This document shows, piece after piece, positions 63,611-64,000 of a stretch of DNA of 64,000 nucleotides (position 1 is the first letter of the stretch; the number at the start of each line of letters is the position of its first letter). Source of the stretch: Acidobacteriota bacterium (GTDB lineage Bacteria > Acidobacteriota > Vicinamibacteria > Vicinamibacterales > UBA2999). The notes beneath the pieces are model-generated. The model was not told where the DNA came from and made no database searches. It saw only the letters and a list, made by a program, of their open reading frames with translations. Both the position numbers and the translations under genes were made by a program. The stretch is taken from assembly GCA_046727855.1 (NCBI GenBank), contig JBKPDL010000026.1, positions 2,343-66,342 of the forward strand. The letters are read 5' to 3'.

Positions 63611-64000
63611 TATTTCTCCACGGCCGCGGGGCTCGACTCGGTGCCCGTCTCCAACAACCGGATCGCAGCGTCGAGCGCCGCTGGGCTCAGGTGCATGTAG
63701 CGCTGCGTCGTGCCCAGGTCCTGGTGTCCAGCCAGTTCCTGAATGGCCCGCGCTGGCGCGCCACGCATCGCCAGGTGCGAGCAGAACGTGTGACGAAGGA
63801 TGTGAATCCCTGGCTTCACGTTCGCCCGTCTGGCGGTCCGTCGTACCAACACCTGAATGACCTTCTGCGTGAGCGGCTTGCCCGTTCCATCGCAGAGCAC
63901 TCGCGGTCCGCGGAGATGTCGCGCTTCCCGCAACGCCTCAGTCAGCCGTCTCGTCATCGGCACGTACCGTAACCGGCCGCCCTTCGGCAGCGTCACATGG
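63610..64000 (-). CDS. tyrosine recombinase/phage-type integrase, C-terminal part (runs off the window)
   Basis: The catalytic region is HILRHTFCSHLAMRG...LAGHQDLGTTQRYMHL (R..HxxR..Y). The stop codon abuts the second att-like repeat. Confidence 0.85.
   Translation of the reverse strand, partial: HVTLPKGGRLRYVPMTRRLTEALREARHLRGPRVLCDGTGKPLTQKVIQVLVRRTARRANVKPGIHILRHTFCSHLAMRGAPARAIQELAGHQDLGTTQRYMHLSPAALDAAIRLLETGTESSPAAVEK

Overview
This is a high-GC (roughly 65-70% in sampled coding stretches) bacterial chromosomal segment. It is densely packed with housekeeping genes. The protein repertoire looks Acidobacteria-like, but that is an inference and was not verified.

Main content, left to right:
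- An RND efflux operon (adaptor, pump, TolC) followed by Memo-like and AMMECR1-like genes, with a divergent YafY/WYL regulator.
- A LytS/LytTR two-component pair.
- A Ser/Thr kinase fused to a BRCT-like domain, divergent from an RNase Z-like MBL hydrolase.
- gatCA and an acyl-CoA synthetase.
- rpoZ-like and holin-like genes.
- A dnaK-hsp20 operon with a recognisable promoter, repeated operator half-sites and an intrinsic terminator.
- hsp20-ymdB-xseA / xseB-ispA-tlyA-nadK.
- mltG-ruvX.
- hup, tRNA-Val, and thrS-infC-rpmI-rplT-pheST-zapBA.
- An unannotated 6S RNA with its own promoter, then thiL.
- Two ABC exporter half-pairs, cstA, and an OMP.
- A methyltransferase next to two tandem GT-C-like membrane paralogs.
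- An Slt-type transglycosylase with a Lys/Ala-rich tail.
- A Gfo/GMC/VOC oxidoreductase operon, an S1 protease, and a dienelactone hydrolase.
- tmRNA followed by duplicated att-like repeats and a truncated tyrosine integrase at the right edge.

I saw no rRNA, CRISPR array, cas gene or transposase.

The least explained signal is non-coding:
- Almost every intergenic spacer longer than about 60 bp is built from a spacer-specific 5-8 nt word. The word is repeated in tandem, often with an exact 8-bp period, on one arm and as its reverse complement on the other arm. This gives long imperfect hairpins.
- A separate dispersed element has a covarying GC stem, an NAAA-type loop and the conserved tail GCCACGAC.

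Functional calls rest on motif recognition by eye. No searches were run.
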